DNA of 64,000 nt from an uncultured virus (IMG/VR IMGVR_UViG_3300042691_024885). Lineage: Duplodnaviria > Heunggongvirae > Uroviricota > Caudoviricetes. The position numbers were made by a program, and so were the translations under genes. The DNA lies in IMG/VR virus record IMGVR_UViG_3300042691_024885, one strand, 5' to 3'. The notes under the pieces were generated by a model. It was not told where the DNA came from. It made no database searches and worked only from the letters and a program-made list of their open reading frames with translations. Shown piece after piece: positions 61,282 through 64,000 of the stretch; positions within the stretch are counted from its first letter, which is position 1; each line of letters begins with the position of its first letter.

Positions 61282-62282
61282 TGGAAACAAATATCATTGA
61301 TCAATTTAAGAGTCAATTAGGAAGAGAATCCGCTTTAGCGGGTATTATGGGGTCTGATTTAACATCAACCAGAAAAGACTTTGCACCTCAGAATGAGAAT
61401 GAGGATAAAGGTAATGATAAAAGAGAGTCTTCTTCTGATTATCTTAAAGATGGCGTTACACTTAAACAAGTCTATGAATTAGTTAAGAACAAAAAATTAA
61501 GTAATAATAAAATTAAACAAGAAATAAAAAAATTACTTAAGAACTCTGAAGAACTCAATGATTTTTTAAAATCATTTATTAGAAAGGAAACCAATGAAGA
61601 TGTGTCTTTAGATGATACCGTTGGTAAATATACAGGATCCGTTTCAGGTGTTGTTGGTAGTAGAAATGAGAACAAGGAAGCGACGGCATCAGGAGGTGGA
61701 GTTGGTGCGTACGATACTCCTTTATTCGGTGATATGAAAGAAGAAAAATTAAAAGGAGGAAAGGCAGATAAAAAAACTTTTACTGATTTAGTGAACAAAA
61801 ACAAAATAAAAGGAAAAGATATTGGTGAGATTAAAAAAGAACTATTAAAACAACTTAATAAAGGTATTAAAGTTGAAACGGAACACACTGATGATGAATC
61901 TGAGGCTAAAGAGATTGCTTTGGATCATTTGTTTGAGGATCCTAATTATTATGACAAATTAAAGAAAGTTGAAACTAAAGAGGCAACATCTTCAGGTGCT
62001 GGAGTTGGTGCGTATGAAACACCCGCCGCTTGGGCAAAAACTACAAGTAAAAAACATTGGAGAGGAAAATCAAAAACACAAATACCTGGAGGAAAATTCG
62101 TTCAGGTTAAAAAAAAATGTAAACGTTTTCCATATTGTAATCAAGGGGATATTAAAGCTCTTAAAATTTTTGAAAATCAAACCTTAAATAAGGTTATTAA
62201 TGAAATAAGTGATAAATATGATATTCACAAAGATCTAATAATTGATATTATTTCTAATGAGTTTAAAAAATTGAATAAATAA
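61281..62282 (+). CDS. Putative head-internal protein containing a DUF5661-like domain
   Basis: 'GGKAD...KGIKVETEHTDD...AKEIALDHLFEDPNYYDKL'. Confidence 0.65.
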   Translation: METNIIDQFKSQLGRESALAGIMGSDLTSTRKDFAPQNENEDKGNDKRESSSDYLKDGVTLKQVYELVKNKKLSNNKIKQEIKKLLKNSEELNDFLKSFIRKETNEDVSLDDTVGKYTGSVSGVVGSRNENKEATASGGGVGAYDTPLFGDMKEEKLKGGKADKKTFTDLVNKNKIKGKDIGEIKKELLKQLNKGIKVETEHTDDESEAKEIALDHLFEDPNYYDKLKKVETKEATSSGAGVGAYETPAAWAKTTSKKHWRGKSKTQIPGGKFVQVKKKCKRFPYCNQGDIKALKIFENQTLNKVINEISDKYDIHKDLIIDIISNEFKKLNK

Positions 62283-62305
62283 AGATATTTATAATAAAAA
62301 ACAAA

Positions 62306-63445
62306 ATGGGAAAAGATAAATATATTGATGATTTATTAAAAAAAGTTTTAAATGAAACTTTGGAAGATAAGGCAAACGAAATAATGGAAAAATTGAAATT
62401 TAATCCTCCTGGATCTTCATTTGATTATGTACAAGAAGGTAGTGTTTGTGAACAATGTGGTGGTGAAGTTATGGAAGGTAGTGTTTGTGAACAATGTTCT
62501 ATGAAAGAAGGTGAGGTGATGGAAAAACTTCATGGAAAACAAAGAAAACTTGATTTAAATAAGAATAACAAAATAGATGCGGGAGATTTCAAACTATTAA
62601 GAAAAGGTAAGAAATCAAGTATGGGTGAAAATGAAATGGAGGAAGGCAACGCTTTTACTGGAGCACTTTCAAGGGCGAAAAAAGAAGGTAAAGACACTTT
62701 TGAAGTTGATGGTAAAAAATATCACGTAAAAGAATCAAATGATGATGAGGTTTTATATAGATTAGAAAATATTGAGGATAGTGCTTTATTTACCGAAGAT
62801 GAAATGGTTGATATTATTGAAAGAATTATTAAAGAAGAAAATAATATTAAAAATACACCAACACCGGCGGGATATACTTATTATGAAAAGGCTCATAAAG
62901 GGTCTGGTAAGGAAGAGGATGATTATATGAAACTTCTTGCAAAGAAAATGAAAGATTATCTAAAGGATGGATCTAAAGGAGATTTTGATATGAACCCTAA
63001 ACATTTCCCAAAAGGAAACGGAGAACTTGAAAAAATGAAGGCTAAAAAATATACGATGTCTGATGACGGAAAAGAATTTTTGGATGATTTTATGAGACCA
63101 GGAATGGAAAATCTTGATTATGATGAAATACATCCTGATGAAGATTGGATGAAAGATAATATTGAAGGATCGTCAAGAACCGGAAATAATCCTGAATGGG
63201 CAAACGCAGTTGAAACTGATTTAGGTGAAAAAATTAATAAGAAAAGAAAGGCCAATAAATACGCCAAAGCAAAAAGACAAGCTTATAGAAAATCAAAACA
63301 GCCTGTTACTGATGGTGTTGGTGAAAATGCCGGTCAAGGTATTGACATTAAAGTAGAATCCATTGATGAAAAAAAGGGAATTAAACTTAATGAGGAATTT
63401 GATAGAATTAAAAACTTAATGTCTTACACCAAAAAAACTCAATAA
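62306..63445 (+). CDS. Putative head-internal / prohead core-like protein
   Basis: EF-hand-like 'LDLNKNNKIDAGDF', many hydrophobic-x-E sites, C-terminal 'LNEEFDRIKNLM'; TATTTAT upstream. Confidence 0.6.
   Translation: MGKDKYIDDLLKKVLNETLEDKANEIMEKLKFNPPGSSFDYVQEGSVCEQCGGEVMEGSVCEQCSMKEGEVMEKLHGKQRKLDLNKNNKIDAGDFKLLRKGKKSSMGENEMEEGNAFTGALSRAKKEGKDTFEVDGKKYHVKESNDDEVLYRLENIEDSALFTEDEMVDIIERIIKEENNIKNTPTPAGYTYYEKAHKGSGKEEDDYMKLLAKKMKDYLKDGSKGDFDMNPKHFPKGNGELEKMKAKKYTMSDDGKEFLDDFMRPGMENLDYDEIHPDEDWMKDNIEGSSRTGNNPEWANAVETDLGEKINKKRKANKYAKAKRQAYRKSKQPVTDGVGENAGQGIDIKVESIDEKKGIKLNEEFDRIKNLMSYTKKTQ
62435..62497 (+). repeat. Exact 24-bp direct repeat encoding EGSVCEQC twice
   Basis: GAAGGTAGTGTTTGTGAACAATGT at 62435-62458 and 62474-62497. 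Confidence 0.85.
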
Positions 63446-63493
63446 TTTACAAAAAAATATTGTGTATTATAATTTCTCCATAGGTTAGTTTCT

Positions 63494-63958
63494 ATGGAGA
63501 ATTTTTTTAATTACATTACAAAGCCAATGAACCAAGAAGATGTTGATATTTGGTTTAGAGTTAATAATATTATTCCTGAAAAAATGGAATTGTATTATGA
63601 TTTTAGTTTTTCATTATACCAATTAATAATTGAGACATATCTTGGTGATGATAATAACGGTGAGACTAAATTGTTATTAAATGATGAGGATAAGAAAAAA
63701 CATTTTGAATGGTGTTGGGATCAAACAATCAAAAACTTTAAAAAAGAAGAAATTGTTTTTAATAAAAAAGGAGAACATTACGAGTATTTTTTAAATTTCT
63801 TTACTGATATATTTTATAATCAAAATGAAATAAAAATAAAGAACTCAATAGGAACATTCTTCAAAGATCTATTTGATAGAAATAAATCCTTTACCAAATC
63901 TGATCTTGATATGATAAGCGCAATATACAAATCATTAGATAAAAATATGAATCTATAA
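63494..63958 (+). CDS. Hypothetical protein
   Basis: 154-aa aromatic-rich ORF with a putative promoter upstream. Confidence 0.7.
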   Translation: MENFFNYITKPMNQEDVDIWFRVNNIIPEKMELYYDFSFSLYQLIIETYLGDDNNGETKLLLNDEDKKKHFEWCWDQTIKNFKKEEIVFNKKGEHYEYFLNFFTDIFYNQNEIKIKNSIGTFFKDLFDRNKSFTKSDLDMISAIYKSLDKNMNL

Positions 63959-64000
63959 TCTTTACATTAACTATTTGTGGTGTAGATTTGAAATAACATA

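Noticed and set aside
1..64000. Bacterial chromosome or stop-codon-recoded genome
   Set aside because: Baseplate and T4-like replication genes without housekeeping operons indicate a phage. Standard-code ORFs tile the window and conserved enzymes are full length.

Overview
A segment of an AT-rich, gene-dense large tailed phage genome, most likely a jumbo myovirus. It reads in the standard genetic code, and I saw no tRNA, rRNA, CRISPR array, integrase or IS. The host is probably Bacteroidota: there are TTTG-N19-TAnnTTTG promoters, A-rich leaders without Shine-Dalgarno sites, and SprB-like and DUF6576-like domains. Layout: (1) 1-2.8 kb, the end of a baseplate-hub-like gene and two small late genes; (2) 2.9-9.8 kb, a replication block (gp32-like SSB, RecA/UvsX, 5'-3' exonuclease, DnaB, class II NrdJ); (3) 9.9-36.7 kb, baseplate, tail and fibre genes; (4) RuvC, a tandem palindrome, then a minus-strand block of modular fibre/adhesin genes (37.4-47.6 kb); (5) 47.6-57.1 kb, primase, PD-(D/E)XK nuclease, a rearranged SbcD/SbcC pair and a sigma70 factor; (6) 57.1-58.0 kb, a promoter-bounded cassette containing a candidate ~66-nt RNA with two CAGAAY-looped hairpins, facing a possible RNase-fold gene; (7) 58-64 kb, a lysis-like cluster and acidic putative head-internal proteins. 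The most interesting observations are the twin-hairpin RNA locus, a TATTTAT late-promoter motif, a modular Cys-rich/Pro-Thr-linked fibre system with shared peptides, and the tandem 18-bp palindrome at the strand switch. All family assignments come from recognising motifs by eye; no database searches were run.
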